Source: a virus
Taxonomy: Duplodnaviria; Caudoviricetes
Direction: 5' to 3' (one strand)
Virus record (IMG/VR): IMGVR_UViG_3300022666_000342
Span: 1-57,826 of that record
Length of the DNA: 57,826 nucleotides
A program made the translations under genes and the position numbers. This document shows positions 28,760-37,782 of this stretch, piece after piece. The stretch's first letter is position 1. Each line of letters opens with the position of its first letter. The notes under the pieces are model-generated. The model saw nothing but the letters and a program-made list of their open reading frames with translations, had not been told where the DNA came from and did no database searches.

Positions 28760-30086
28760 TCTCCACTTTTTCAGGCTTCAATCCCAGGCCGGCCAACCGC
28801 TCCAGGATCACGGAGCACAACTCCGGCTTCAACTCGAAGCCGAACCCCAGCCGGCCCATGGTCTCGGCCGCCTCGAACATCGTCCCCGACCCAGAAAAGG
28901 GATCGTAGACCACATCGCCTCGCTTCGACCCATCGCTCATCAGCCGCGCGATCAATTCGACCGGCTTCTGGGTTGGATGCAAGGGGTTGGCCGCCGGTTT
29001 GTCGTACTCCAGAACCGTCGTACAAAACTTGCGGTAGAACTTGTGCCGGCCGCTCCAGCCGTACACTACAAAAGAAAAGGCCTTCTCCGGGCCGGCCGCC
29101 TCGATCACGCGCCGCTCCCGGCGGTCGCCCATCGCCACAAATTCATGGCGCGGGGAATAATCGGACCGCCCAGGGACGTGAAGATTTTTCACCCAGACCA
29201 GATAAGTGCTCAAGGTGAGCCGGCAATCGTCCAGAGCCAGCCGCAGGTTGTGCAGCTCGCGCCCCGACATGAAAATATAGAAGGTGTTGTAGCTCGCCCA
29301 GGGAATCGGACGGAGGAAAGACGCGAAGAAAGCGCGGTAATCGGTCCGCGCATCGTTGGCGACTTCCCGCGAAGCCGCCTTCGCAGTGGAGGAATGCCGC
29401 CGGCTGACCAGATCGAGGAAGTCGCTCTTCCCGCCGTAGTCCACTCCATAGGGCGGATCGGTGAGCAAGAGCGCCACTTTACGATCGCCCAACAGTTGCT
29501 TCACGTTGGCCGGGATGGAGCAATCCCCACATAGGAGATAATGCGCCTGACCGGGATGGGCCAAAGAGGGGATGCGCCAGAGGTCGCCGGCCTGGACCGC
29601 CCACTTCTCCTGGGCCGACTCCGCTACGGTCGGCTCGCGGTCGCCCTCCGGGGAGAAGTCGCCGGCCAGCAGACCGTTTTGATTGGCGAGATATTCCAGA
29701 AACTGAGCAACCGCCGGATCTTCGCTTTTTACCTGCAGGAGCAATTCTTCCAGTTTGCCTTTGTCCGCCTTCGCCAGCTGGGCGATCGGATCGTAGGCCA
29801 GCAGAAGCAGGTCGGCCTCTTCGTCGGTCAGGTCGGTGATCGCTACCCGCACAGTCAGCCCCGGCACAGTGCGCTTGCGCAGGTGACCGTCGACGAACGC
29901 CAGCCGGCCGCCAGCGCGCGCGGAGTAGTAAGCGAGAGGGACGCCGGCCCAACCAACTTCCCGCAGGACTCCCTCAAGAGCGTCCTGCTGCTCCTGGGGA
30001 TGGGTCTTCGGGTTCCGGGGATTGTCGTCGATCTCTCCCAACGTCATCTCTCGAACCTCTGTGATTCTGTTCCTGATCGCGTCCAT
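28743..30086 (-). CDS. DNA N6/N4 methyltransferase with ParB-like N-terminus
   Basis: NPRNPKTH...VDGHLR ParB-like segment; LLCGD, DPPY, HPTQKPVEL, DPFSGSGT; AGGAGGAG RBS. Confidence 0.9.
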   Translation of the reverse strand: MDAIRNRITEVREMTLGEIDDNPRNPKTHPQEQQDALEGVLREVGWAGVPLAYYSARAGGRLAFVDGHLRKRTVPGLTVRVAITDLTDEEADLLLLAYDPIAQLAKADKGKLEELLLQVKSEDPAVAQFLEYLANQNGLLAGDFSPEGDREPTVAESAQEKWAVQAGDLWRIPSLAHPGQAHYLLCGDCSIPANVKQLLGDRKVALLLTDPPYGVDYGGKSDFLDLVSRRHSSTAKAASREVANDARTDYRAFFASFLRPIPWASYNTFYIFMSGRELHNLRLALDDCRLTLSTYLVWVKNLHVPGRSDYSPRHEFVAMGDRRERRVIEAAGPEKAFSFVVYGWSGRHKFYRKFCTTVLEYDKPAANPLHPTQKPVELIARLMSDGSKRGDVVYDPFSGSGTMFEAAETMGRLGFGFELKPELCSVILERLAGLGLKPEKVENGNAA

Positions 30087-30095
30087 GCTCCTCCT

Positions 30096-30133
30096 AAAAA
30101 TAGCGACGCGAGGCAAAAGCCACCCCGCGCCGC
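30096..30133 (-). terminator. Terminator-like hairpin inside the late operon
   Basis: Minus strand GCGGCGCGGGG...CCTCGCGTCGC followed by TATTTTT. Confidence 0.5.
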
Positions 30134-30134
30134 C

Positions 30135-30374
30135 TCAATCCAGTCCCATATCCCGCCGGATCATGCGATCCTGCCAGTTGAGGATCGCCATATCGTGGAT
30201 AAACCACTCCGGCCAGTCGGCCATCCCTCCGGCAAAGAGGGGGATCTGCCAGTCAAAACTTTTCCCCATTTTCCACAGGGGTATGGATAACTCTGGTTTA
30301 TAAAGTTCCCATTCCCCATCATCTTCCAGATTTCCGGCGTTTTTTGACTCCTTAAGCGCCCGGTTGTATTCCAT
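30135..30374 (-). CDS. Tail assembly chaperone, frameshifted C-terminal part (gpT-like)
   Basis: In frame with the upstream chaperone after a -1 slip at 30413-30419. Confidence 0.7.
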   Translation of the reverse strand: MEYNRALKESKNAGNLEDDGEWELYKPELSIPLWKMGKSFDWQIPLFAGGMADWPEWFIHDMAILNWQDRMIRRDMGLD

Positions 30375-30385
30375 CAGCTTGAGTC

Positions 30386-30775
30386 TTACGTCTCGCTGAT
30401 GGGACTCCCTGCGTTTTTTTCGGCCTCCTGACTCGAAGACGTTTCGTAAGGCGACCAGTGTGGATTCAGGTCGAAGACCGCTTCGGACCAGATCCAGAAA
30501 AATTGCTCAGGAAGCTCCAAAAAAGTATCGATATCCATCTCGATATCCAGACCCTCTGCCTGGACAGTAGCGGCGATCAAAGCCGGGTAAGCGTACCGCG
30601 CCATAACAACGGCAGCCCCGCCGGCCAGGCCGGCGAGGCTGCTTTCTTTGATGTAGCGCTCTGCCCGTCCCTGGAGCACAGTTCGTTTCATGCCGTCCAG
30701 TGCGGTGGCCTCGCGGACCACCAAACGGATGTCGTGACCTGCGTCCTTGAATTCGACAGTGCGTGTATCGCCCAT
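30386..30775 (-). CDS. Tail assembly chaperone (gpG-like)
   Basis: Follows the tail tube gene; ends ...EAEKN at a slippery site. Confidence 0.75.
   Translation of the reverse strand: MGDTRTVEFKDAGHDIRLVVREATALDGMKRTVLQGRAERYIKESSLAGLAGGAAVVMARYAYPALIAATVQAEGLDIEMDIDTFLELPEQFFWIWSEAVFDLNPHWSPYETSSSQEAEKNAGSPISET
30413..30421 (-). other. Programmed -1 ribosomal frameshift site GAA AAA AAC
   Basis: Heptamer A AAA AAC; the -1 frame reads KRRESHQRDVRLKL-MEYNR with no stop. Confidence 0.8.
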
Positions 30776-31605
30776 TACGCCATCTCGTACAGGCAGAAGA
30801 TGATTACACCGGCGGCCGGAGCTGTCAAGAACGTGATCGCGGTAGCCGACGCGGTCGGTCCGGTCGGTTTATACTCGCCATCCACCCAGAAATAAACCTT
30901 AGCCGCCGACGCGGCCGGCTTATCGGTGGGCAAGTTAAAAACCGTCACGGTGCCGTCGCCTTTCCAGGCTACAACATTGGGCTCTTTCTCGGTAATACCG
31001 AAAGACACCTTTCCGCGCGTGTACCCGTCAGCGGCTTTCGTGTATTCGGCTCCCCACAAATGCGTCTTGCTGGGCGTCGGCTGGATGGTATAGCCGTTTT
31101 CATCGCCGGCGCTCTTTTCCATTGCGCCGCCCTTGGGAATGGCATGCGCCTTCGGTACCACCATGTACTTCCAACGCCGACTCCCAAAGGTAGGACTCGA
31201 TTCGTCAGTATCCAGCGCCTGACGATAAGCAAAAAGACCAACCAAAGGCTCTCGCCCCTGTTGATCCGTCCCCATCCCCATCACCTGCATGTCGCCGATG
31301 GTATTGACTTTCACCCCCTGCAACATCGCATCGAGATCAAGGTTGCTCTTGGAAGTTTTGAAATCGATGGTCCCGACTTCGGTAGGGGGAAGCGTGTCAG
31401 CTGCGAACACGTTATCATCACCGTAATGGGTGATGACCTCAGGTTCGGCGAAGTTGGGAGTCAGGGAACTGGCGCCCTGAGCGAGCATGCCTTCATAACC
31501 GGTCGCGCCGGCAGTCGCAACCACAACCGCACCGTCCGACCCCAACGCGAAAAACCGGGCATGTCGAAACCCGGCACCAGAAACAACTTTACCTACAGCA
31601 GTCAT
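30775..31605 (-). CDS. Major tail tube protein
   Basis: Size and position upstream of the frameshifted chaperone; beta-rich with an Ig-like C-terminal end. Confidence 0.7.
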   Translation of the reverse strand: MTAVGKVVSGAGFRHARFFALGSDGAVVVATAGATGYEGMLAQGASSLTPNFAEPEVITHYGDDNVFAADTLPPTEVGTIDFKTSKSNLDLDAMLQGVKVNTIGDMQVMGMGTDQQGREPLVGLFAYRQALDTDESSPTFGSRRWKYMVVPKAHAIPKGGAMEKSAGDENGYTIQPTPSKTHLWGAEYTKAADGYTRGKVSFGITEKEPNVVAWKGDGTVTVFNLPTDKPAASAAKVYFWVDGEYKPTGPTASATAITFLTAPAAGVIIFCLYEMA

Positions 31606-31607
31606 CT

Positions 31608-32093
31608 TTACCCTCCGTAAAATTCCTGATCTTTGCTGTAAACCAGATCGCCTTCGAACTTGACCTCTTCGAAGTCCAGATCGAAATCAGCGAACTTTTC
31701 ATGTCCGCCACGCTCGTCGTAACGGACCGTCACAATGGCCGCTCCGCGGGAGAGCAACACAGGCTTCCCGACCAGTGCGTCGATCACCGCATCCCTGACA
31801 TCCCGGATTTCTCCGTAACCGTTGGAGCGGTCATAAATGAAAACAGAGCAGCGAGCCACGCGCCCATTGCCGCCCTTCGTTTCCCCTCGATCCATTACCA
31901 GGACAGCCAGCACGCCGGAGCCGGAGCCGGAGCCCGCCATCCGGGTCTGCTGCGCCGCCGAAAGGAACTCCGGCGTCAAGTCGCCAGATCCGAAAATCCC
32001 AGCGCTCCCGTCGACGATAGCGCCAGTAACTTCCGGCGCCGCCTCCAGTGTTGCCTGGGCCCAGGCCGCAAGGTCGCTATACCGCGTCGCCAT
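31608..32093 (-). CDS. Putative tail terminator/completion protein
   Basis: Synteny, directly upstream of the tail tube. Confidence 0.5.
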   Translation of the reverse strand: MATRYSDLAAWAQATLEAAPEVTGAIVDGSAGIFGSGDLTPEFLSAAQQTRMAGSGSGSGVLAVLVMDRGETKGGNGRVARCSVFIYDRSNGYGEIRDVRDAVIDALVGKPVLLSRGAAIVTVRYDERGGHEKFADFDLDFEEVKFEGDLVYSKDQEFYGG

Positions 32094-32376
32094 GGTCGCC
32101 CTCAGCGGCCGCGTCTACCTGGCCGGTCGGCCCGCCCTCCATCTGCAAACGTTTGCAGATGGGTTTGTAAAAGATCTTCCACCGGCCTTCCTTCTCCGCC
32201 TCGATCTTCGTGACGGTCCCAACTCGCTGACCATCAGAGACCAGGGTGGAGCCGGTTGGGACCGGCGGACGCTGCCAGGCCATCCCCTGCGTCACAAAGA
32301 AACCTTCGCCGACTGCAAAGGGAACAAACCGCCAGAGAAAAACCTCACCGCTGAAAGCCGCAACCTCGTTGCCCAT
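32077..32376 (-). CDS. Hypothetical head-tail region protein
   Basis: In operon; contains palindrome copy 3 (encodes ICKRLQM). Confidence 0.5.
   Translation of the reverse strand: MGNEVAAFSGEVFLWRFVPFAVGEGFFVTQGMAWQRPPVPTGSTLVSDGQRVGTVTKIEAEKEGRWKIFYKPICKRLQMEGGPTGQVDAAAEGDHGDAV
32139..32162. promoter_or_regulatory. Palindrome copy 3 (CCATCTGCAAACGTTTGCAGATGG)
   Basis: Exact core 32141-32160, extending to 24 bp; intragenic. Confidence 0.85.
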
Positions 32377-32385
32377 GCGCCCCCT

Positions 32386-32736
32386 TTACTGGATTTGCTC
32401 CAAACTGACAACTAATCCGGCCGGATTGGGAGCCAGCGAAAGTGCCCGGTACCGCTCCGAACCAGTCCACACCTCGTCGCCGGCCTGGATGTTGGCGTAG
32501 GTCGGCGCATGCATGACAAAGCCGGCCTGCCCAGCCGTCCCCTGAACGGTCTGCGCATCGCCGTCGCCGGCCGCCTCAGCAATGCGAGCTGTAAAGAATC
32601 CGACCCGCTGCTGCTGGCCGCCTTTGGTCTTCCGGTAGATCTGAACCGCCGTGTACAGGTCAGAAGCGACCCGGTTCAAAGCGGCTTTAAAAAGCGCTTG
32701 CCTTACTCTTCCGTTGAATTGCGTTCGCGTTGGCAT
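32386..32736 (-). CDS. Putative head closure/stopper protein
   Basis: Synteny; NIQAGDEV...RYR beta pattern; GAGG RBS before MPTRTQ. Confidence 0.5.
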   Translation of the reverse strand: MPTRTQFNGRVRQALFKAALNRVASDLYTAVQIYRKTKGGQQQRVGFFTARIAEAAGDGDAQTVQGTAGQAGFVMHAPTYANIQAGDEVWTGSERYRALSLAPNPAGLVVSLEQIQ

Positions 32737-32743
32737 ATCCGCC

Positions 32744-33298
32744 TCACAAATCCCTGAATGGATCAAGCGCCTTTTGTTGGTCGGGGCTGGTCGCGATGAC
32801 CACGCCGGCCGCCGAAGCGCTTTTGTCGGAGCGCAGCTCTTCGATCACCGTCTGCAACGCACGTAAAGCAGTGGACCGGTCAACGGTCTCCTGACCAAAC
32901 GTGTACCGCATGAAGCGGTCGGTATCTGCAATCAACGACCGCGCAGCGGCGATCGACGCCCGTTGCCAGGACCCGTACAGGTCAAGAAATTCCTGCAGCT
33001 CAGCGTCGCTGAAAGCAGCCCACTTGTAGGTGACTACCACCTCCGCGCCGGCCGCCGGCGCCGCCGTCGTGATGATCAACCCGGTAGCGATATCGATGGT
33101 GTAATCGGCATCGCGCGCCAGCAAGGTCTCGACCCCGCCGGCGCGCACGATCGCCACATCCGTGCCGGCCACCACCGGCGGCAGCTGGACAACAAACTGC
33201 CGATTCTGACCGTCGCCCAGCCCCGCAGTCTCCCGCAGGGCCAGCCGTTGACGGTCAGAAATCGTCAGCCGAATTCGCTCGATGTCCGTGAGCGCCAT
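32744..33298 (-). CDS. Putative head-tail adaptor
   Basis: TDIERIRLTISD...FSDAELQEFL connector-like motifs with an inserted beta domain. Confidence 0.6.
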   Translation of the reverse strand: MALTDIERIRLTISDRQRLALRETAGLGDGQNRQFVVQLPPVVAGTDVAIVRAGGVETLLARDADYTIDIATGLIITTAAPAAGAEVVVTYKWAAFSDAELQEFLDLYGSWQRASIAAARSLIADTDRFMRYTFGQETVDRSTALRALQTVIEELRSDKSASAAGVVIATSPDQQKALDPFRDL

Positions 33299-33300
33299 CG

Positions 33301-33636
33301 CTACACCCGGCCGGCCGCGCGATCGGCCTCGTTTGCCAGATCAAGCCGACCTTTTATCCGCCGGCGATTTTCCATGTCCGCGTCCTCTACCGTCATCTCA
33401 TGGGATTCTCCGCAGATATCGCGTTGGCCCTCATCCCGAAAGTAAGCGCCGCAAGTCCCGCAGCGCGGGAGCTTGCTCAGCGATTTCTCGGTCGGCTGCG
33501 GAGAAAGCTCGACCACCAGTCCATGTCTGATCAGGCCGCCATCGTTGACGCACCCTTTCAGCTCGAAAATCTGCCCCGGCTTAACATTCATTCCGGGAAG
33601 GTAGCAAAACGGCTTACGCGCCTCAACCCATGACAT
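33301..33636 (-). CDS. Hypothetical protein with CxxC motif
   Basis: GAGGAGG RBS; follows the capsid gene. Confidence 0.55.
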   Translation of the reverse strand: MSWVEARKPFCYLPGMNVKPGQIFELKGCVNDGGLIRHGLVVELSPQPTEKSLSKLPRCGTCGAYFRDEGQRDICGESHEMTVEDADMENRRRIKGRLDLANEADRAAGRV

Positions 33637-33649
33637 TGACAGCCTCCTC

Positions 33650-34618
33650 TTAATCCGCGGCGTCCGAGAAGAAAACGCCGGCTTCTTTGGCGATCTGATG
33701 CATGTCGAAGTACTGATAGCCTTCGATCAAATCGCCTTTGTCCGTCATCGGATCGCGGCGTTTCTTGATCAGCCGCGGCCCACCCATGGCCGTCCGCCAC
33801 GTAAAGGTATAGCCGGCGGTCGGCGTCCAGAGAGACGGCCGGTTCGCCACGTAGAGCAACAGGGCATCGTCGTCAAAGTTGCTGACGTAGGTCACCGACG
33901 CTTCCGCCGTTCCCTCAGGGCTGGCGGTATACATCGATGTCCCCACCAACACCCGCTCAACGCCGAACAACTGAGCCATCAAAGCCGGCGTAGCCATGGC
34001 CGGCTGACTGGAACTGGACGAGTACTTGATTCTGTCCAAAATCGACGGGTGATCACAGAGCACGTCATACACGAGATCGCCCAGGACCAGCGTGTTGGCC
34101 TTTTTCCCCATCAGGGCTCGCCGAATGGCGCGCGCGGCCGTGCGAATGTCCTGGATCGGCGTAGAGGTCGCGTACGTGCTCCACTTCGTGATGCTGGCAT
34201 CGGTTCCCCAGACGCCGGTTTTCCAAAAGCCAGCCACAAACGTGCGCTCGCGATTGAGCGCAAGCTTGTCCGTGACAAACTCGGTGCCATCGATGTCCGC
34301 ATCGAAAGGCCGGTCCGTGTTTTTCCGGCGCGCATCCGAGATAAAGTGACCGAAGCCCTTCTCTTTGCAGTAGTAGGTCTTTGTCACATCGGTGGTATAG
34401 CCGCCCACGGGAGCAGCCTCACGCTCGCCAAGCTCTTTGGCCTCGTCCCGCGCCCAGGCAGACTTGCCATACTCGGGAACGATGTCAGAGCGCTTCTCGA
34501 CCAGCACTTCCGGGAAGATCTGGTCAACGATGTACTCCTCGTTTTTGTAACCAACACTGACGTTGGTGAGGAGCTGATTGACGTGGGAATCTCCAGCACC
34601 TGGTTGTTCAACAGGCAT
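33650..34618 (-). CDS. Major capsid protein
   Basis: 322 aa; LLTNVSVGYKN..YIVDQIFPEV.V...ANTLVLG..VYDVL..HP pattern; downstream of the cement gene. Confidence 0.85.
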   Translation of the reverse strand: MPVEQPGAGDSHVNQLLTNVSVGYKNEEYIVDQIFPEVLVEKRSDIVPEYGKSAWARDEAKELGEREAAPVGGYTTDVTKTYYCKEKGFGHFISDARRKNTDRPFDADIDGTEFVTDKLALNRERTFVAGFWKTGVWGTDASITKWSTYATSTPIQDIRTAARAIRRALMGKKANTLVLGDLVYDVLCDHPSILDRIKYSSSSSQPAMATPALMAQLFGVERVLVGTSMYTASPEGTAEASVTYVSNFDDDALLLYVANRPSLWTPTAGYTFTWRTAMGGPRLIKKRRDPMTDKGDLIEGYQYFDMHQIAKEAGVFFSDAAD

Positions 34619-34630
34619 CGTCCTACCTCC

Positions 34631-35023
34631 TTAAGCCGCCCGCGCGGGCGAAATGCAATTGACCACGGCAGCGACAATGTTGCCGGCCGCCGCGGTTTCC
34701 AAAACCCGACCCAGGATGTACTCCGTGACATCCGTTCCCGCAATCTTCTTGTCCGCCTGCCCATCAGCAGACGTTCCAATCAGATCGCCGGCCGCCAGCG
34801 TCCCATCGGCGCTGATCTTGGTCGGACCAAAGGCCACAACCGTAGCCAGCTGACCCGACGCCGGAGCATTCTGGAGAACGCCAATCGGAACATCGGTCGC
34901 GGCCGCGATTTTCACAAAGGCACCATTGGAGTCGTATTTGACAAAGTGCCATTGATAGTCGGTCAAAGCCTCGCCGGCCGGAGCCGAGAGAAGCTGTTCA
35001 GGCCCTGAAGGAGCTGCTGCCAT
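34631..35023 (-). CDS. Capsid cement/decoration protein (DUF2190-like)
   Basis: PIGVLQNAP..G..A.V..G...AGD.I...ADG.A...G..LE.AAAG. Confidence 0.75.
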   Translation of the reverse strand: MAAAPSGPEQLLSAPAGEALTDYQWHFVKYDSNGAFVKIAAATDVPIGVLQNAPASGQLATVVAFGPTKISADGTLAAGDLIGTSADGQADKKIAGTDVTEYILGRVLETAAAGNIVAAVVNCISPARAA

Positions 35024-36228
35024 TACCGGCCTCCTTTCTGGCTTTCGTCCTGTTCCAACTCATATTCCCGATACAGGTCGGGGTTTTGAGCAAAGACTTC
35101 AGACAAAGCCTGGGTATAGTCCGCCTCCGTGTGGGCGGCCCGATACTTGGCGACTTCCACGTTGATCTTTTCCATCGTCTTGCCGGAGCCGATCCGGGTA
35201 GCGCCAGACCCCCGAGCCGAGAAAGCCTCAGCGAGCACAGTATCCGCCTTCTCCAGCAACTGAGAGAAGAACTGCGCATGCGACTGATCCTTCTCCTGAT
35301 CCATGCTGTACAGCCAGCGCAGCTGCTGCGCCAGCTGGCCCGACTCGCCCGGCATATGCGAAAACTTCGCAGCCGCCATCATCGTGAAGCGCTCCAGCTG
35401 GCGTTCCTGTTCGATGACGCTGATCCGGCCGGCCGCCCCTTCCAACTGCGCCTTATACTGGTCGCTCTCGGCCGTCTTGGCCGTCAGCTTCGCGTTGGCT
35501 TCCTGAAGCTGAGTCTTCATGGTCGCCATCTCGGAAGTGAACTGCGCGAACTTCTGATTGAACTCTGACATATCCGGCGCCTGCTGGCCGGCCGGCTGCA
35601 TAGAGCGCAGCCCGCCAAAAAGCTCAGCGAAAAACGCCCGGAACCCTTCCATGGTCAGCGGCTGATCGCCGCCGCCCTGGCCTCCGCCGTTCGTTCCGTT
35701 GCCCATAGAACCTCCATCTCCATCACCAAGATATAAAATACCGCCCCCCGCAGAATACAGAGCGGTTATTTCCCCGAAAAACGGGTAATTCGTGAGCGCG
35801 CCTCCGCCTACTTGGTTACGAACCTTCTGGTTTGTAACCTGGTCCGTCTGTTCCCAGTAGATCGACGGGGAGAAATAAGCAAACTCGTCTTCTTCGAGAG
35901 CCGCGCGCCCCTTTTTTGTCCAACCGAACGTAGCCCCCAGGCCGTTCGGCAACTCAAGCAAGTCCTTGTACCAACCAACCGCGCCGCCTTCGTGGTCAAT
36001 ATCCACCGCAAGGCGATCCCTGCGAATACCGCGATTTAAACGGTTGGCATAGTTGTCAAGGAATTCCTTGATCGTCTCGTCGTTTACCTCGTAAGCCCGT
36101 CCGTTGCGATAAAACGTCCCCTTCGGGAGGATCAAAATAGGCTCGCCGGCCAGCGCGCGCGCGGCAGACGACTTTCCACCCTCCATCGAATACAGGTCAA
36201 TAAAAAAATCACCCTGCGGTTTTGCCAT
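35023..36228 (-). CDS. Mu gpI-like prohead protease/scaffold
   Basis: VDIDH..AVGW...WT..G...FAYFSPSI...ALTNYPF protease motifs plus coiled-coil scaffold; GGAGGTGGAGG RBS. Confidence 0.85.
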   Translation of the reverse strand: MAKPQGDFFIDLYSMEGGKSSAARALAGEPILILPKGTFYRNGRAYEVNDETIKEFLDNYANRLNRGIRRDRLAVDIDHEGGAVGWYKDLLELPNGLGATFGWTKKGRAALEEDEFAYFSPSIYWEQTDQVTNQKVRNQVGGGALTNYPFFGEITALYSAGGGILYLGDGDGGSMGNGTNGGGQGGGDQPLTMEGFRAFFAELFGGLRSMQPAGQQAPDMSEFNQKFAQFTSEMATMKTQLQEANAKLTAKTAESDQYKAQLEGAAGRISVIEQERQLERFTMMAAAKFSHMPGESGQLAQQLRWLYSMDQEKDQSHAQFFSQLLEKADTVLAEAFSARGSGATRIGSGKTMEKINVEVAKYRAAHTEADYTQALSEVFAQNPDLYREYELEQDESQKGGR

Positions 36229-36246
36229 CCTCCACCTCCGGGAAAT

Positions 36247-36460
36247 AAAAAACGGGCCTGTCCCGCTTCCCAATATGGGAGCAGGGCAGGCCCGTGTGCG
36301 CACCTTCCTGGGCCAGCGAGCGCCGCGGTGGCCCGTAGGCTCGCGTCGCTCAGAAACAAAAAACGGGCCGCCGTCGCATAAAGCAACAGCGGCCCGTGTG
36401 TGTAATCGTCCAAGGCCTGGCCGGTGAGCGGTGGCCCGTAGGCTCGCGCCGGCCGTCAAT
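36247..36460 (-). promoter_or_regulatory. Tandem attenuator-like 5' leader of the head/tail operon
   Basis: Two ~103-nt units, each with an identical 21-mer (36428-36448 and 36325-36345) followed by an intrinsic terminator (36358-36397 and 36247-36295). Confidence 0.7.
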
Positions 36461-36467
36461 CAATAAG

Positions 36468-36496
36468 ATTATAGAACAAAAGGCCTAAGAAGTCAA
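36468..36496 (-). promoter_or_regulatory. Consensus sigma70 promoter for the head/tail operon
   Basis: Minus strand TTGACT-17 bp-TATAAT. Confidence 0.8.
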
Positions 36497-36501
36497 TACA
36501 G

Positions 36502-36576
36502 ATAGTTATGACTTTCGTCTGATAGACTTTGTACCTAAATTAAGGTAAAATGTAATCATAGACTGAAAATTAAGAA
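36502..36576 (+). promoter_or_regulatory. Cassette promoter/operator, copy A
   Basis: 62/75 identical and ungapped against 40588-40662; -10-like TAAAAT. Confidence 0.7.
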
Positions 36577-36593
36577 TTAAGGAGAATTAAAAA

Positions 36594-36923
36594 ATGAAAC
36601 TCACCGGAATGACCGCGACCAAAGAGAACAAAATCGGCAAGGTAGTCGAGGACCTCGACTGGACGCTGGAAATCGAGTGGAACGACGGCACCGGCAGCGA
36701 AGAGCAAATCACCGACATCGCCCTGCCCGCAAGCCGCAACAACGCCGCCATCAACATCGAAGCCAACCGCCGCCGCATCCAGGCCTTGACGGAAGAGATC
36801 AACGCCTACATCGCAGCGGTCACCAGCGAATGCACGGAAAAAGCCAACTGGCCCAACGCCGGCGAGCTGGGACGGCTGGTCGAAGCCCTGGAACACGCCC
36901 GCGAATACATGATGGGCGAATAG
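36594..36923 (+). CDS. Small array protein 1
   Basis: AAGGAG RBS; paralog of 36986-37303. Confidence 0.75.
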   Translation: MKLTGMTATKENKIGKVVEDLDWTLEIEWNDGTGSEEQITDIALPASRNNAAINIEANRRRIQALTEEINAYIAAVTSECTEKANWPNAGELGRLVEALEHAREYMMGE

Positions 36924-36985
36924 AACAAACAAAGGGCCGGCCCCACAAGGAGCCGGCCCACCTACCCACAAAAAGGAACAGAGAA

Positions 36986-37303
36986 ATGAACCTCACAAGC
37001 AAGACGGTCAACAAAGAAAATCGAAGCGGAGAAGTCCAAAGGGACTATGGCTGGCAACTGGTGGTCAAGTGGAGCGATGGAACCTACAGCGACGAACAGG
37101 TTTCCAGCTTCACACGAAACCAGGAAGACAAAACGGTCGAAACCGAATGCATAAAACGCCACATCAACATCTACATCGGCGACATCATCGCCTACAACGA
37201 AGTGACGACAGAGGACGCAGCAAAAAGCGACAGGATGGTAGAAAACCTACGGTTTATCGCGGAATCACTCGAAAAAGCCTACAGCCGCTTAATGGAAATC
37301 TAA
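36986..37303 (+). CDS. Small array protein 2
   Basis: MNLTSKTVNKENRSG...W.L.V.WSDGT.SDEQ aligns with protein 1. Confidence 0.75.
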   Translation: MNLTSKTVNKENRSGEVQRDYGWQLVVKWSDGTYSDEQVSSFTRNQEDKTVETECIKRHINIYIGDIIAYNEVTTEDAAKSDRMVENLRFIAESLEKAYSRLMEI

Positions 37304-37359
37304 AAACAAAGGGCCGGCCCCGAAGGGAGCCGGCCCACCCAACACCCAAAAGGAGACCC

Positions 37360-37716
37360 ATGAAAAACTTAACTGGACTGCAACTGACCGAAATCCGAAA
37401 CGGCATCATGAACCACGGCACCGTAATAGAAGATCGCGGAGAAACGATCATGGTCAACTGGGAACTGGCCTGGAACACGGGGATCTTCGAGGAGGTCTTC
37501 GAAGGGCTGAGAATCGACCGGGCCGGCCATGTGGACCCGGAGCAAGAGATGGAATTCTACGTCCGGGTAGCCGCCTGGAACGCCCATCTGCTGCACACCT
37601 ACTTCAAACGCAAGCAAATGGAAGACCGACCCGCTGAAGTAGACACGGAAACTATGCGGAAACTCGGCGCTGAACTGGATACCATCCTCAACACCCTGAT
37701 GGGACTCAAGAGCTAA
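37360..37716 (+). CDS. Small array protein 3
   Basis: AAAGGAG RBS; MKNLTG start; G.VIED.G....V.W similar to proteins 1 and 2. Confidence 0.7.
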   Translation: MKNLTGLQLTEIRNGIMNHGTVIEDRGETIMVNWELAWNTGIFEEVFEGLRIDRAGHVDPEQEMEFYVRVAAWNAHLLHTYFKRKQMEDRPAEVDTETMRKLGAELDTILNTLMGLKS

Positions 37717-37782
37717 AGCCACCGGGCCGGCGCCCCCAGGACGCCGGCCCACAAAAAAACAAAAGACGAAAGGACCCATAAG

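Noticed and set aside
15957-36228. Structural operon as an eCIS/tailocin that would explain the effector-like gene
   Set aside because: Capsid, portal and terminase are present, and no sheath or contractile baseplate genes were recognised. This is a sipho-type phage.
36229-36459. 77-aa N-terminal extension of the protease ORF
   Set aside because: It runs through two terminators, whereas a strong RBS precedes ATG 36228. The region is better explained as an RNA leader.
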